This document shows, one piece after another, positions 39,566-53,103 of a DNA stretch of 64,000 nt. The notes beneath the pieces are model-generated. The model ran no database searches. It saw nothing but the letters and a program-made list of their open reading frames with translations, and was not told the DNA's origin. The first letter of the stretch is position 1, and each line of letters starts with the position of its first letter. Source of the DNA: Octopus sinensis (Eukaryota); the NCBI RefSeq assembly GCF_006345805.1, contig NC_043003.1, positions 86,924,001-86,988,000 of the forward strand, in the 5' to 3' direction. Position numbers and translations under genes: made by a program.

Positions 39566-40333
39566 TGTGTGTGTGTGTGTCTGTGTGTCTGTGTGTCTGT
39601 GTGTATACGTACACACACACATATACATACAAACATGTGTGTGTATACACATTTGCACACGCTTATATACACATACATATATACATATATGCAAACTTAC
39701 AGATACTTTATATTTCACCGGTTTAGAGATAATGTAACACAGTAAGACATTAAAATTTGTCATTCTTGAACTATTTCTTTGATGTATCAACCTATAAAAG
39801 CTATTAAATATGAAGATCGTTTACATAACTCGTAAAAATCATTTCCATCATTTCATCAAGCTTAGAGATGACTGGGAGACAAAAATAGTAACGGCGGTGG
39901 ATATGACGACGACGACGACGATGGTGATGATGATGACGATGATGGCTGTGCTGATGATGGTGGTATGGTAGTCATGGTGTTGATGGGGATGTTCGTGATG
40001 GTGATGATGATGATGATCGTTGTCGGTGTCGTCGTGACATCGTCGTCTTCGTCATCATCATCATCATTATATATGCATTAGATCATCAATCTAATTTTTT
40101 AAGGCATTAACACGTTGGATGACGTGTTAATAAATACGCAATGTCTGAGATAAGGATGAACTCGCCATGGATGCAACGCTTTTTACCATAGATCTGTTCA
40201 GTCATATCCAACCTTGGGTTAAACAACAACTTCAACCAGAAAAAATGGGAAAACTGAACCCAAGTAAACTGACAGGAAATTTGCTTAGGGGGTGCAAACT
40301 CAGGTCCAAATTTTTTTACAAAGCCATTTTTTT
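38461..40333 (+). repeat. 264-bp direct repeat pair (38461-38724 and 40070-40333)
   Basis: About 97% identical by eye. Confidence 0.9.
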
Positions 40334-40588
40334 AAAATCTTAATATCAAAACAAACACAGGTATACTCTTTTTATTCTTTTACTTGTTTCAGTCATTTGA
40401 CTGTGGCCATGCTGGAGCACCGCCTTTAGTTGAGCAAATCGACCCCAGGATTTATTCTTTGTAAGTCTAGTACTTATTCTATCGGTCTCCTTTGCCGAGC
40501 CGCTAAGTGACGGGGACGTAAACACACCAGCATTGGTTGTCAAGCGATGTTGGGAGGACAAACACTGACACACAAACATATACCACAC

Positions 40589-40648
<60 letters not shown>

Positions 40649-40889
40649 GACGGTCTTCTTTGAGTTTCCGTCTACCAAATCCACTCACAAGGCTTTGGTC
40701 GGCCCGAGGCTATAGTAGAAGACACTTGCCCAAGGTGCCACGCAGTGGGACTGAACCCGGGACCATGTAGTTGGTAAGCAAGTTACTTATCACACAGCCA
40801 CTCCTACGCCTATAATAATATTTTCATTATACATGGAAAAGTAATGCTTTAAATCACTCCAAAAAATTTTCTATACTCGCTCGTATTGC

Positions 40890-41360
40890 CGATGAAGTTT
40901 TCCAAGACGTCCAAAGTTTTTTCATCGTACAAGATTTTATGTACATGCATTACAGCACAGTGTGTCAGACGATGTTGCAGCATAATTTTGAGCTCGCTCA
41001 ATGTTTAGGCAACAAAAAACATCCAGTTTAGCTTTAGTTAATGTCTCCGAAGAGTTGTCAAGAGAAAATCTTCGTGGACATCCTGGTTTTCAGAAACATA
41101 ACAGCAATAATTGATTCTTGCTCAATGCCAGAGAAATCGCATATAGTACCAATAAACACGGAATCTTCAAAACTTTTTGTCTGATCTCATGTAGCGTGTT
41201 ATGAGCATATACCTCTAAGATATCATTTTGCATGGTATCAGATAGGAAATTAGCTCGTCGTTTAAGCCGGTGACTTACTTCTTCACCATGTTCTTCGGCA
41301 AGTTCTTTTATGAGATTTACAAAATTTCTTGTGACATGTGTTAACTTTCTTTCACAGATG
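40890..41360 (-). mobile_element. hAT transposase fragment (ZMYM1/DUF4371-like)
   Basis: NFVNLIKELAEE...RANFLSDTMQNDILEVYAHNTLHEI, then a frameshift to DSVFIGTICDFSGIEQESII. Confidence 0.7.
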
Positions 41361-41377
41361 GAGCTAGTAACTTCTTT

Positions 41378-41570
41378 TATCTTTTACTAAGGATATTCCT
41401 TAATCCTTCAATAATGGAACTGCGAACGGCGATTATATTTTACTAAAGATTTCTTTAATTCTCTGATCATTTAAGTGCTAACCGCTGTTATCTTTCACTA
41501 AGTATCTTCTTTAATTCTTCGATGAACTGGTAACTACTAATATCTTTTATTAAAGATATTCTTTAATTCT
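41378..41570 (+). repeat. Degenerate minisatellite, 4 copies of a ~30-bp core at ~55-bp period
   Basis: tatcttttactaaagatattctttaattct-like core at 41378, 41434, 41489 and 41541. Confidence 0.7.
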
Positions 41571-41940
41571 CTCTCTCCAAAGACGGAATAGTTGGCTTAC
41601 ATGGAAACGCTCTGCAATTCTAAAAACAACTGTAAGAAATTTTACGTATTATCTCTTAATCACTTATTTACTATACCTATTCTGCAATTATGTCTGGATT
41701 ATAAATTACATGTTTTAAAGTGATACCACATATTTTACTTGTTCACCTGACTGTCTAATATATATCTACAAGCTCAATAGTGAACCACTTATAGCCGTCT
41801 TTGATAGGCAGCTTGAACAACACTTTGATTTCAGCTGTTGTACAAGCTGGAATTTTAGTAGTAAACCAACCTGAGCATTTATAGTACATACCTGTTACAT
41901 TGTTATTAGACGAAGTTTTAGAATATGTATACGTCTCTCT

Positions 41941-41982
<42 letters not shown>

Positions 41983-42329
41983 CCTCTCTCTCTCTATCTC
42001 TCTCTCTCGATATATATAAAATATAAATTAGATATAAAACCACTATTAGGCAACTCAAACAGTGATAGACATAAACCAAAACATAAATAACAAATAAAAT
42101 ATATTTTTATAAAACATATAACTAGATCTCAAAAAGTATAAAAAGTATAAAAAGTAATATATATATATATATGTACGACAGGCTTCATTTCCCTCTACCA
42201 AATTCACTGGCAAGGCTTTGGTCGACCCGAGGCTATTGTAGAAGACACTTGCCTAAGATGTCACACAGTGGGACTGAACCTGGAAATATATAGTTGGGAG
42301 ATTTCAGTCGTAGGATTACATCCACAGTG

Positions 42330-43560
42330 AGGCACCACTTTAATTTATATCCTGTCAGCTTTGTTGTCACTTTATGGTTGGAAGTTGGTCTGAGTTTGAG
42401 TTGGGAGCAGCTGATCTCCCCTGAATGCATCCTTGAAAGGCTGACTAGTCCGGTATTATTGTTAGGAGTTAGCCAATGCTTTTTGTGTAATGCTTCAGTA
42501 GAGGTTCAGATCGGTGCAATAAAGTGTCTTTGCCCGTGATTTGGAAGGTGGTATATTTGGAAGCTGACAGTATCCAACAGTTCGTACATTAAAATTCTCT
42601 CTAATGTTGAAATTTAGAACAAGATATTCCATAAATATCTCTTCAGCATTCAAGATAACAGTGACGCAACGCTTTCAAATATTCCCAGTAGTTAAGGCTT
42701 TTAACTAAAGGTATTTTATAGGTAAACGTTCTTCGTAACCCTTCAATTTCTTCTGTGAGACCGGATAAGTTAGGAGACCAAAGTTGTAAGCAGTAATCTT
42801 ACTTGCTCAGAACTCAGGTTTTCCATAAAGTTAGCCTAACTACTGGTTCTCTTGTCACGAAGGTTTGCAGGATCCATCCTATGAGATGTCTGCATTTAGA
42901 GGCCAGTTTGGTGATGTGGCTAATGAAAGATACATCATTTGACATTGCTCCTAAGTCCTGCATATCATTAGCGCTCTGAATCATTCTTGCATCAAATATT
43001 GTGGTTTGTGTGTATTACCTCTGTAACGAAGAACCTGAAATTTTAATGTATTAAATTTCATATTGTTTTAATCCAGCTATTGATAAATGAGGTTTAGCTC
43101 ATTTTAGAGTGTGACAGTATCTTCTGAAGTTTGGATAACCATTGATATTTTTACATCACCGGCGTAACTTGTTATTTTGGATGAGTGCACTTGTGATAGG
43201 TTGATGATAATTAATTATAGTCCTAGAACCGTTCCCTGAAGCATACCACTTATTACAGGTGACTTTGCAGAGGTAAAACCATTTCCAGCAACAGATTGGC
43301 TCCTACCACGTAGGAAGTCAAAGAGCCATTCTCTGAGTTTTTCTGAGATACCAAGATCCCTTAACTTATGACAGATGATTCCATAAACAATCTTGTCTAA
43401 TGCTAGGTATAAACAATGTCCTTTCCTCTCAAGAGATTATTAAGAATAGTCTTATGGTGCTGTAATAGTTGTGAACGGCAACTTCGTCCAATCCAAAAAC
43501 CATGATGTATATCATCATACCTTGTGGAAAACAACCTCGTAGGTTCTACGAAGTTGTTTT
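42330..43560 (-). mobile_element. Old CR1-like RT fragment
   Basis: Degenerate motifs LALDKIVYG (KAFDKVDH), SGMLQGTVLG (GVPQGTVLG) and SYAGDVK (YADD). Confidence 0.7.
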
Positions 43561-43698
43561 CATAAGGTATGCACTAATTCTATTAAAGACAATACGAAGC
43601 TATAGTAGAAGACACTTGCCCAAGGTCCTACGCAGTGGGACTGAACCAGGAAGCATGTGGTTGTTAAGTAAGCTACTTACCACACACCCACTCCTACG

Positions 43699-43751
<53 letters not shown>

Positions 43752-44746
43752 TTATGTTGAAGATGCTTTAGTTCAGTAATATATCTTTCTAGAGAATTTT
43801 TCTTTTGTAGGGGTGATCTTGTTATTTCTTTTAATTATTTGTTCTTATTTTTTTCTAAGCCTGGGAAAGATAAGTAGGAGGGGGGTGGGGGACAATATTG
43901 AATTTTGAACTCCCACAAGATTTTAGGTGGTGCAACTCCATCCCTTGATCCCGGGCCATTGCTGATAGGGCTTTGTGTCAGCAAAAATAATTCAATGAAA
44001 ATTTGTATACCTTTGGATGAGCGTTGCGTTTTAGGACTGGCTCATTGTCTGACAAAAACATGTTTTATTGTGGATTCGTTTTCTTTTCACTTAGAGTTAG
44101 ATTGTGGTGACAGATCTTCGTCGTACGCTAGTGAAGATTCGGTTTTTTTTTATCAACTGAATTACCTGCCCCTGAATTAACCTCTAAGTGACTCAGTGTT
44201 CCACAAACATATATACCCCCAATGTAGCTCTCAGACAGAATAGGCATGACACACTTTAAGACAAGGCTGTACCTTTTGAATTTCAGGTACAGGTACAATC
44301 CACCCGATGAGTTACCATCACTCCAATTTCACTTACAAGTTATGGATCGATCTTGGGCTACATAAGAAATGACGTTTCTCCAAAGCCAGAACCACGTTGT
44401 GGCGTTGCAAAATTCTTAGGTATTCGGCCATACTGCTTCCACGGTTAAGTAGTAACAGGAATATATGAAGACAAAATTATAGTGTGAATGGAGAGTAGTA
44501 AGAGCAAATAGTTTGTATTGTTGAGGTCAATAGATTCAAGCGGCAAAATTTAGGGGAATGGAAGAATGAATATACTTGAACAAGTTATAAGGATTATAAA
44601 GCTAGGTGACAAAGTTCAATGTGTTAGGAGTATAGTTAAAATAATTGTATAGAGAAGTTAGTAGAAGTCAATGAACAAAGTGCTCTGCATCTGAATTTTG
44701 TGAAAACAATTACGATTACTATAATTTACACACGCACGCACGCACA

Positions 44747-44777
<31 letters not shown>

Positions 44778-44993
44778 CACAAATATATATAACTATGAAT
44801 ATATGTATGTATCTATCTATCTATCTCCCTCTCCCACTCTTTCTTGCTCTCTCTCACTCCCCCTCTCTCTCTCTCTCTCTATTTGGGATGATGGCCGACC
44901 AGTCCATCAGATGTATTTACACATCGCTGGTCACAATGCGTTTACATTGTTTTAGCCTTCGAATGGCGCCACCCCGCTGCCTAAGCTAGCAGG

Positions 44994-45062
<69 letters not shown>

Positions 45063-45429
45063 AAAGAAAAACAGGATGCAAAGGATTTAGCGGTACATAT
45101 GTAACATGTGCTTACAGTTATCAATTATTCACCCTGAATTTTATATATATATCTATATATATATATATATATTTAGATTGATATATATATATATCCTTAT
45201 CTTTTACTTGTTTCAGTCATTAGACTGCAGCCATGCCTGGACACTGCCTTGAACAACTTTTAGTTGAATGAATCAACCCCAATAGCACTTCCTTTTAAAG
45301 ACTGATACTTATTCTATCGACAACGTTTGCCGAACCGCTAAATTATGGAGACGTAAACACACCAACACTGATTTTCACGCGGTGGGAAGAAGACAGACAC
45401 TGCTGCACACACACTCACACACACACATA

Positions 45430-46270
45430 TACAGGGTGGGGAGCCTTATTTTTCAGATATTTCTGAGCGTAAATACTAAAATATTGTTTTCTGTTTCAAG
45501 GTAGATATATATATATATAGAACTAATTTAAGCATAAGTTCTAGTCATGTGATCTAATATGTCTACTTAAGAAGCCAAGGGACAACGCATTGCAGTTTTC
45601 TTTGTGTCGCGTATTGCGGAGACTGTTGAGGCCTCTGTGAGCACTGTCTACGACGTTAAGAACCGAATGCTGGATATTAGAAGCATCAAGAGAAAGCAAG
45701 GGAGTGGAGGCATAAATAAAAAAGGGATAATGCATTTCTTAAATCTCTCAAAGCCAAAATTTCGAAATGCCCAAGAATATCCATGAAAAAACTATCCATG
45801 GACATGAAAGTTGATCCAAAGACCATCAGAAATGTTGTAAACACTGATTTACATTTGGAATCATACGTGAGAACCCTGGAACACCTATTGACTCATGCAA
45901 TGAAAGCCAAAAGGCATGAAGGGGCCAAAAAAGTGGACAATGGACAAACCGTCGACATCTTTTCGGATGAAAATATATTTACCATTGATGCTGTTTTAAA
46001 ACGTCGAAGTAAAAGGTGCCTTTAGGACCAAGCCCCCAGCTCAAGTCATGATGCTGGGAGTTGTAGTGTCTGACGGAAAAAAGATGCCTTTCCATTTTTT
46101 CAAGTCTGCGGAAAAGGTGGGGATGACGTTTGCCATAAAGTCCTGCAGTATAAGATTTTGCCTTGACTGAACTTTAACTACCCCAACGGTAATTATTCAT
46201 GGACCTAAGATGGTTCTCCTGCTCACACGGCAAAGAAAGTGCAGAAATTCTGGCCTCAATTCGTTTCCAC
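45430..46270 (+). mobile_element. Tc1/mariner (maT-like) transposase remnant
   Basis: Starts tacagggtg; IAETVEASVSTVYDVK, MKKLSMDMKVDPKTIRNVVNTDL, IFSDENIFTID, VMMLGVVVSDGKKMP, DGSPAHTAKKVQ. Confidence 0.8.
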
Positions 46271-47010
46271 GTATTTATTTCAGACCATTATTTCAGTATG
46301 CGGACCTTGTTCGGCAAAAGTAAAACTGGTGTGCTAAACTCAAAGATCTCCTTTCAAATTATGAATAATCTCAGTTAATGAACCAACTGAAGTTTTGTGG
46401 TCTTTCCTTTTAAGTTTCCAGAAAGTAGAACTACTGAACTTTCAGAGATCGGTCAAGTAAAATTAAAGTATAATGTTGTTCCACAGGATTCGATTAGAAA
46501 CTCGGCAATACAATAACAATAGAAGAATGCTTTTCCTTGAAACGAAATTAATTTCGGAAGTGTTAATGCATAAAATTAATTTCGAAAGTGCTAATGCATA
46601 AAAGAAATGGTTGACCATGTTACACGACAAATGCCTACGAGAACTATATACATCATTAACATCTCATGAGATGGCTGGAAGAAATTACATCATATGGGAT
46701 ATTTGTATTATGACAATGAACACAGACGATACGATTAATTTTATTGAATCGTTAAGGTTAATTCATAATTGAGTGTTGTGCTGTTTGGGGAATCGCAGTG
46801 TGTTTATATGGAAAATCCTGGAAATACTGTTTACGGGGGCATTATCAAACCATAAAGCAAGATACTTTCTTCTTTTGGTCTCAAGAGCTTATGATTTGCA
46901 GTTGGTTGCAAACAAGATGTTATTATGGAGCAGATCGTTATCAGTACAGATGCTTTTAGATTCAAAGAAAAGTCTTTCACTTTGATTCTACTGGTGATGT
47001 CTGACAAGGT

Positions 47011-47110
47011 GGCGAAGTCTGACGAAGTCTGACGAAGTCTGACGAAGTCTGGCGAAGTCTAACGGAGCCTGGCGAAGTCTGGCAAGGTCTGGAGACGTCT
47101 GGTGAAGTCA
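47011..47110 (+). repeat. 10-bp minisatellite (G[GA]CGAAGTCT)x~10
   Basis: Ten tandem 10-mers that diverge toward the 3' end. Confidence 0.9.
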
Positions 47111-48329
47111 GAGGTTTAAGTGAAAGATTGCTCGAAGTTTCTTAACTCACAAAATTGCATACGAGACTCTGCCGAGTGCGTACTTAATATACAGAATGTT
47201 CTCCTGAAGTATTTTCTCTCATCCTTGCAAATGATATTCAACAGAAGATGAAAGTAAAATGTTGAATAGATTTGTATGTGTGTCAAAATTTAATCGACTC
47301 GATATATCAGGAAAGCAAAATGTAATCACAGTCTGATGTAATCACTAAGATAGCATAAAACATACAAGTTATACCCATAGCTGAATTAGTTTCTCATCCT
47401 TGAAAAACATATCTTATCTTTCATTATTTCTGCGACAAACATACATTTAATTACAAAATGTGAGAAAACTGATTCATTTGTTTGTCTGTTGGTGGGCTTG
47501 TTGCTTCATATGTCAGTTATTGTTTCATTTCCTCTATCGGAAAAATTTATTATATGGATTAGATATCTAATATTTGCTACTAAATTACGTTTGCAATGAT
47601 TTAGGAAATAATTAAGGTTACACTCTCTTATAAGCATCTCAATGTGACTCTAACAGTATTAATGTCGTTGATGCATTTGATTGAAATATGTGGCGTGATG
47701 ACATACGCTCGTGTACACACGTGTGTGCGTGTGTGTGTGTATGTGTGTGTGTATGTGCGTGTATGTGCGTGTGCGTGTGTGTGTATGTGTGTGTGTGCGT
47801 GCGCGCGCGTGTGTGTGTGTGTCAGTGAGGGCTGACACAATCTGTATGTCGGTCAAAAATAACATTTCGACCTTTCTAAATTACGTTCCTTTATGCTCCG
47901 TCTGTTCTGTTTATCTTCTGTCCTTCTGAAATATCGATATCAAATACCAGTACTACATTACGAACTGGGGTTAGCATAATCAAATAAGAATATTGAAAGC
48001 AAAGTTGCCCGACAGTGGAAACCATTAAAAAGATATAAAAAAAAAAAATTAAATAAGTAAAGTGGTGTCTTAACACTTGCCATACAGAATTCATATGAGA
48101 ATCGTTTGCTCAAAAGTTCGGTATACCTCATATTTACTTGCCACCAAATAAGGACCTTGAATATGTTGAAACAAAGTTTCTGGAAATGTCAAGCAAAAGT
48201 AAGGCTTATAAATCATAGGAAAAAATAAGTTGGCTCTTTATTTTTAAAAATACTATCAATATAAGGACACTGCCTGTCACTTTATGCAGCCTGGATTTTA
48301 CTCGAAAAGAAAGAATTTGATTAAAACTA

Positions 48330-48360
<31 letters not shown>

Positions 48361-48674
48361 GGGGCTGATTGTTACCTAACTCAGATACCAGGAAACCCCA
48401 AAATGGCAATAATTCAAAAGATAGTGCTCATGGGAACTGCTCATATCCTACGCAAAATACTTTCTATGTAATCTCAAGGTTTAAAACAAACATAATTTTC
48501 GTTTTTGTTTTGTTTTTTTTTAGACATTCACTAGTACACCCCCCCCCAAAAAAAAAACAAATATATGGCACACTAGGCATAACAACAACATGAACTTCCA
48601 ACCTGTTGTCTCTTGAGGTCTCTGGGTGAGACTTGGAGCCAACTTGTACAAATATAAAGCTAAAGTCAAACATA

Positions 48675-48675
<1 letters not shown>
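48361..48675 (+). mobile_element. 5'-truncated R4/Dong-like element (ORF C-terminus plus 3' UTR) inside (AAT)n
   Basis: IQKIVLMGTAHILRKILSM* (48361-48471), bounded by (AAT)n at 48331-48360 and 48676-48710. Confidence 0.75.
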
Positions 48676-48712
<37 letters not shown>

Positions 48713-49279
48713 GCCCTGATGCAGTACCAGGCAGTGGCCCTCATGGATTCTGATCTTAACTGATTGGAAGTGTTATCATGTACATTGTTTTGTCTTGGTA
48801 TAAAAGATGGGCTACAGCAAATATTCTGCTCAATACCACAGATTCGCTTGTCAGTTGTTTGACCATAACCAGTTGAGCATGCCCCTTAGTGGCTGACGAT
48901 ATGTGTATCTCTCATCACGAGAAGAAGTAGTCGGGGAGCATCACAGCCATGTGTTGAGAGGAATTATTCAGGGTTTGAATAATTCACCTCTGGAAACATG
49001 GCTGTTTCGTTCAACATCCTTAAACAACATTTATTCAGGGAGCTTTTGAGCGGACTGGGCTACTTAACCTGAAGAAAATTTTAACTGGGCCCTACCTGCA
49101 AGGTCATGCCCTGTTTATCTTGATATGAGATCACCATGTTGCACACATGTGGCTGTGATGCATGTGCCTGGTGTACCCTTATCAGACTGGTAGTCATGAT
49201 GGGTATACTGGTCTTCGTATAACTGTACCCCAGTGCCACTTAGATTGCATGTACTGCTCTCTCACTCAATAATATAATA

Positions 49280-49560
49280 ATATGTATCCCAGTAGTTATA
49301 GGTGCATTAGAAACTATCCCTAAATATCTGACCAGATGGATAGAGGAAATAGGCATAAAACTCAGTTTTATACAGCTCCATAAAACAGTGTTATTAGGAA
49401 CAGCTAGGATACTTACGAGGGTTCTTGGCATCTAAGGTTACTTGCTGTAACCAAATAAGAGTGTTCTTGGTATTTAAATCTACTTATTGTAGACCGATGT
49501 TAAGATTCTTTTGTTTTCCAACAGTCTAATCTGTTGAGTGTATATGAAAATAATTATGAT
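49280..49560 (+). mobile_element. R4/Dong-like 3' fragment
   Basis: PVVIGALETIPK...IQLHKTVLLGTARILTRVLGI*. Confidence 0.75.
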
Positions 49561-49574
49561 AAACTGTTTTCAGT

Positions 49575-50765
49575 CTTTAAGGAAGCTAATGAATACAAAA
49601 AAAAAGTCAGACTACCTAACAACTATGAAGAAAAGGAAGAAACAACAAATGTTGTAAATTAAAGGCTCGTAGTCGGAATTCGGGTCTCGAAAACGTGCCC
49701 CAGCACGTTCGAGGCGACAGCGCCGTCGCAGACGCGCTTCTGGCGCGTCCGCTTCGGTCGTCCGTTCGCACTCCCGGCCCTATTCGCCGGTGCGTGCGCG
49801 ATCGGGCCGTGGAGCTCTGCGCGCTTCGCCGCCGCGTCGGCCGCCGCCCTGCGCCTGTCTTCTTGTAAAACAACTGAAATCCAAACTAAAGCTGGAACAA
49901 TAACGTATCATAGCAAGAAAAGTCCCTACATGGCAAATATTGGGTTAAGCTAAACAGAACAGAAATAGATAAAGCAAAATCCCAACAATGGCTGAGAAGC
50001 TTAGGACTCAAAGCAGAGACTGAAGGATTTTTAATTGTAGCACAAGATCAAAGCTTTCCCGCCAGAAATCCCCAAAAACACACAATGAAAAGAAATACAA
50101 GTAACTGCAGTATATGTGGTGATGGAGAAGAAACAATAAATCTGATTGCCCGGTCCAGGTTAAGAAGGAATATATTCACAGACACGACAGAGTTGGGACC
50201 TATATACGCTGGAAGCTATGCCAACACTATTGGAATAACAACAGAAAAAAGATGGTATAGGTACACCCCAGAAAAGGTCACAGAAAATGAGAAAGCAAGC
50301 ATACTATGGGATATGCCAATACACACAGATAGAGAAATCAAGGCTAAAAGCTGGATATGGTTATCAGAGATCACCAAGAAGAAATGCTTTCTAATCGATG
50401 TATGAATACCAACGGATGACATCGTTTCTCTAAAAGAAACGGAGAAACTTTCAAAACACAAATATCTTGAAAAGGTAACTTGAATGTGAAGCCTCAAAAC
50501 AGAAACAATTCCTATCATAGTAGGCGCATTAAGTATGATAAAAAATATTCAGACAAATACATTACAAAAACACCAGGACTTACAAGTATGTATAACATAC
50601 AGAAAATAGCATTACTAGGCACCTCACACATCCTACGTAAAACATTTTCAATACAGTGAAAATAAGAACACCACAGCACATACCCAAAGCACACAGTGCT
50701 GAGCTCGGTAGTTCAGTGAAAGCACGTGATTAAAATAAGACTACTGAATAATAATCATAATAATT
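49575..50765 (+). mobile_element. R4/Dong-like non-LTR element 3' part (zinc knuckle plus restriction-like endonuclease), frameshifted
   Basis: WLRSLGLKAETEGFLIVAQDQ, CSICGDGEETI, HRHDRVG, ILWDMPIHTDREIKA, CFLIDV, IVGALS, IQKIALLGTSHILRK. Confidence 0.85.
49659..49862 (+). pseudogene. GC-rich insert resembling an 18S rRNA V4 fragment
   Basis: Begins ttaaaggctcgtagtcgga (compare conserved TTAAAAAGCTCGTAGTTGGA); several GC hairpins; ttgtaaa duplicated at both sides. Confidence 0.5.
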
Positions 50766-51700
50766 TCATTTATTGGCCACTAGAGCCAACATATAGGGGA
50801 CAATACAGTGGTCCGGGGCAGTGGGGGTTTTACACAAAACAACAAATAAACAATTAGGAAAAATAATAATACACATTAAACAAAAAATATAACAAGGAAA
50901 ATTCTTCAATAGGGGAGATAACCACCCAGGGTTGGCCCAGGTACCCCATCAATCCTGAACCACCCGACGCTTTGAGGATACTCGAGAAGAGTACCACTCT
51001 TCTCCTAAAATTCACCAGCCTACAGGCGCATTATTAGAGTAGATCCACTCACACGAGCCATTTCCACAAAATTCACCCGCCTTTCAGCAAATGTACTGGG
51101 TGGGGGCATCACTTCTCTCTCCACCCTCATCTTCCTTTCCAAGTGAAATTTGAAAAAGTTGATGAGGGATTGGCCGAAGATAAAAGAGTCTGTCGTCAGT
51201 CCTTTCAATCTGGTCCATCATACAACATCTTACGCTACTGCCACTAAACAAAGGAAAATTGCCTACCCTTCTTGGCCAAAGGAAGGCGACAGGCTTATCT
51301 TCACTATGGACTCGGCCGATAGTTGGATCCGTCCTACCCGCGACAACAGTTGTTCGACATAACTCTACAAAGCAGTAATGCATGGACACTGGACGAGTGC
51401 GTGCAGAACGGTTTCGTCGATCTGCGCGCATCTCGGGTAAGTTCGTCTGACAGCTCTTCCGTACCTGTAGAGCTTATCTCGAACCAGCAGAGTCCTCCCG
51501 CCAGTAGCACTGCCATTGTCCTCGGCCCGAAAGTCTTCCGGAACAGACTGGTCAGTTCGACTTCGTCGACGCCCATCACTAACCCTCTATAGAACTCGAG
51601 AGTAGATTGAGTGCCTGGCAAAATTCCAGGTGCCATTCACCCTGTCTGGGTCTCTTCTTGACCCAGGACTGCAGCTCAGTTAAGGAGACGAGCTAGGAAA
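50766..51700 (-). mobile_element. Tx1/L1-clade LINE 3' fragment
   Basis: KGLTTDSFIFGQSLINFFKFHLERKMRVERE...FAERRVNFVEMARVSGSTL, an upstream zinc-knuckle-like remnant, and a 3' UTR with AATAAA. Confidence 0.65.
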
Positions 51701-52084
51701 ATGTCCGTTTGAAAGCAATACATTGGTCAAACTAAAAATGGTCTACGCCAGTGGATGACCGTACATAGATCTCAGATTAAAATAGGGAATACAGAAAAAT
51801 AACATTAAGTGAGCACATCGACATTTGCGTCACTAATGAACAACCCAACTTTTTTTCCGCTCCATAAATTTAGGAACAATGTAACCTATAATCAGCACAT
51901 CAGCAAAGAATCATATTTTATCGCAAAATATAAACCTCTTTTGAATGCTTCCGCCACAGATATCACTACTACAAGGATCTAAGAATAATACCCAAGCAAA
52001 TATTTAAAACGATAGATGTATTAAGAACGGTCGCTACCCATGAATTTATTTAGAATAGTTCCTACCACTACTGCTATAACCACA

Positions 52085-52147
<63 letters not shown>

Positions 52148-52180
52148 CATATATAAATATATACATATATATATATACAT

Positions 52181-52538
52181 AGAAGCACTCCGCCGGTTAC
52201 GACGACGAGGGTTCCGGTTGATCCGAATCAACGGAACAGCCTGCTCGTGAAATTAACGTGTAAGTGGCTGAGCACTCTACAGACACGTGTACCCTTAACG
52301 TAGTTCTCGGGGATATTCAGCGAGTGACAAGGCCGGCCCTTTGAAATACAGGTACAACAGAAAGTAAGAGTGAGAGAAAGTTGTGGTGTAAGAGTACAGC
52401 AGGGATCACCACCATCCCCTGCCGGAGCCTCATGGAGCTTTAGGTGTTTTCGCTCAATAAACACTCACAACGCCCGGTCTGGGAATCGAAACCGCGATCC
52501 TATGACCGCGAGTCCGCTGCCCTAACCATTGCGCCTCC
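52181..52538 (-). mobile_element. SINE family C
   Basis: Homologous to 6440-6811. Confidence 0.8.
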
Positions 52539-52561
52539 ATATATATATATATATATATATA

Positions 52562-52769
52562 CTCTTTACTCTTTTACTTGTTTCAGTCATTTGACTGCGG
52601 CCATGCTGGAGCACCGCCTTTAGTCGAGCAAATCGACCCCGGGACTTATTCTTTGTAAGCCCAGGACTTATTCTATCGGTCTCTTTTGCCGAACCGCTAA
52701 GTGACGGGGACGTAAACACACCAGCATCGGTTGTCAAGCAATGCTAGGGGGACAAACACAGACACACAA

Positions 52770-52808
<39 letters not shown>

Positions 52809-52972
52809 CGACAGGCATCTTTCAGTTTCCGTCTACCAAATCCACTCACAAGGCATTGGTCGGCCCGAGGCTATAGCAGAAGTCACTTGCCCAAGATGCC
52901 ACGCAGTGGGACTGAACCCAGAACCATGTGGTTGGTTAGCAACGTACTTACTACACAGCCTCCTGCGCCTAT
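52562..52972 (-). mobile_element. SINE family B, full length
   Basis: Complete head to tail. Confidence 0.85.
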
Positions 52973-52984
52973 ATATATATATAT

Positions 52985-53018
<34 letters not shown>

Positions 53019-53103
53019 GTAGGTCCGGGTTGATTCGGGGTTAACCACAGTAAATAAGGTACTCAATACATAGTAGAGTAAAATTAATTTATTATATAGA
53101 AGG

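Noticed and set aside
49616-49873. Arg/Ser-rich 85-aa ORF on the minus strand
   Set aside because: Product of the GC-rich insert; no domain features
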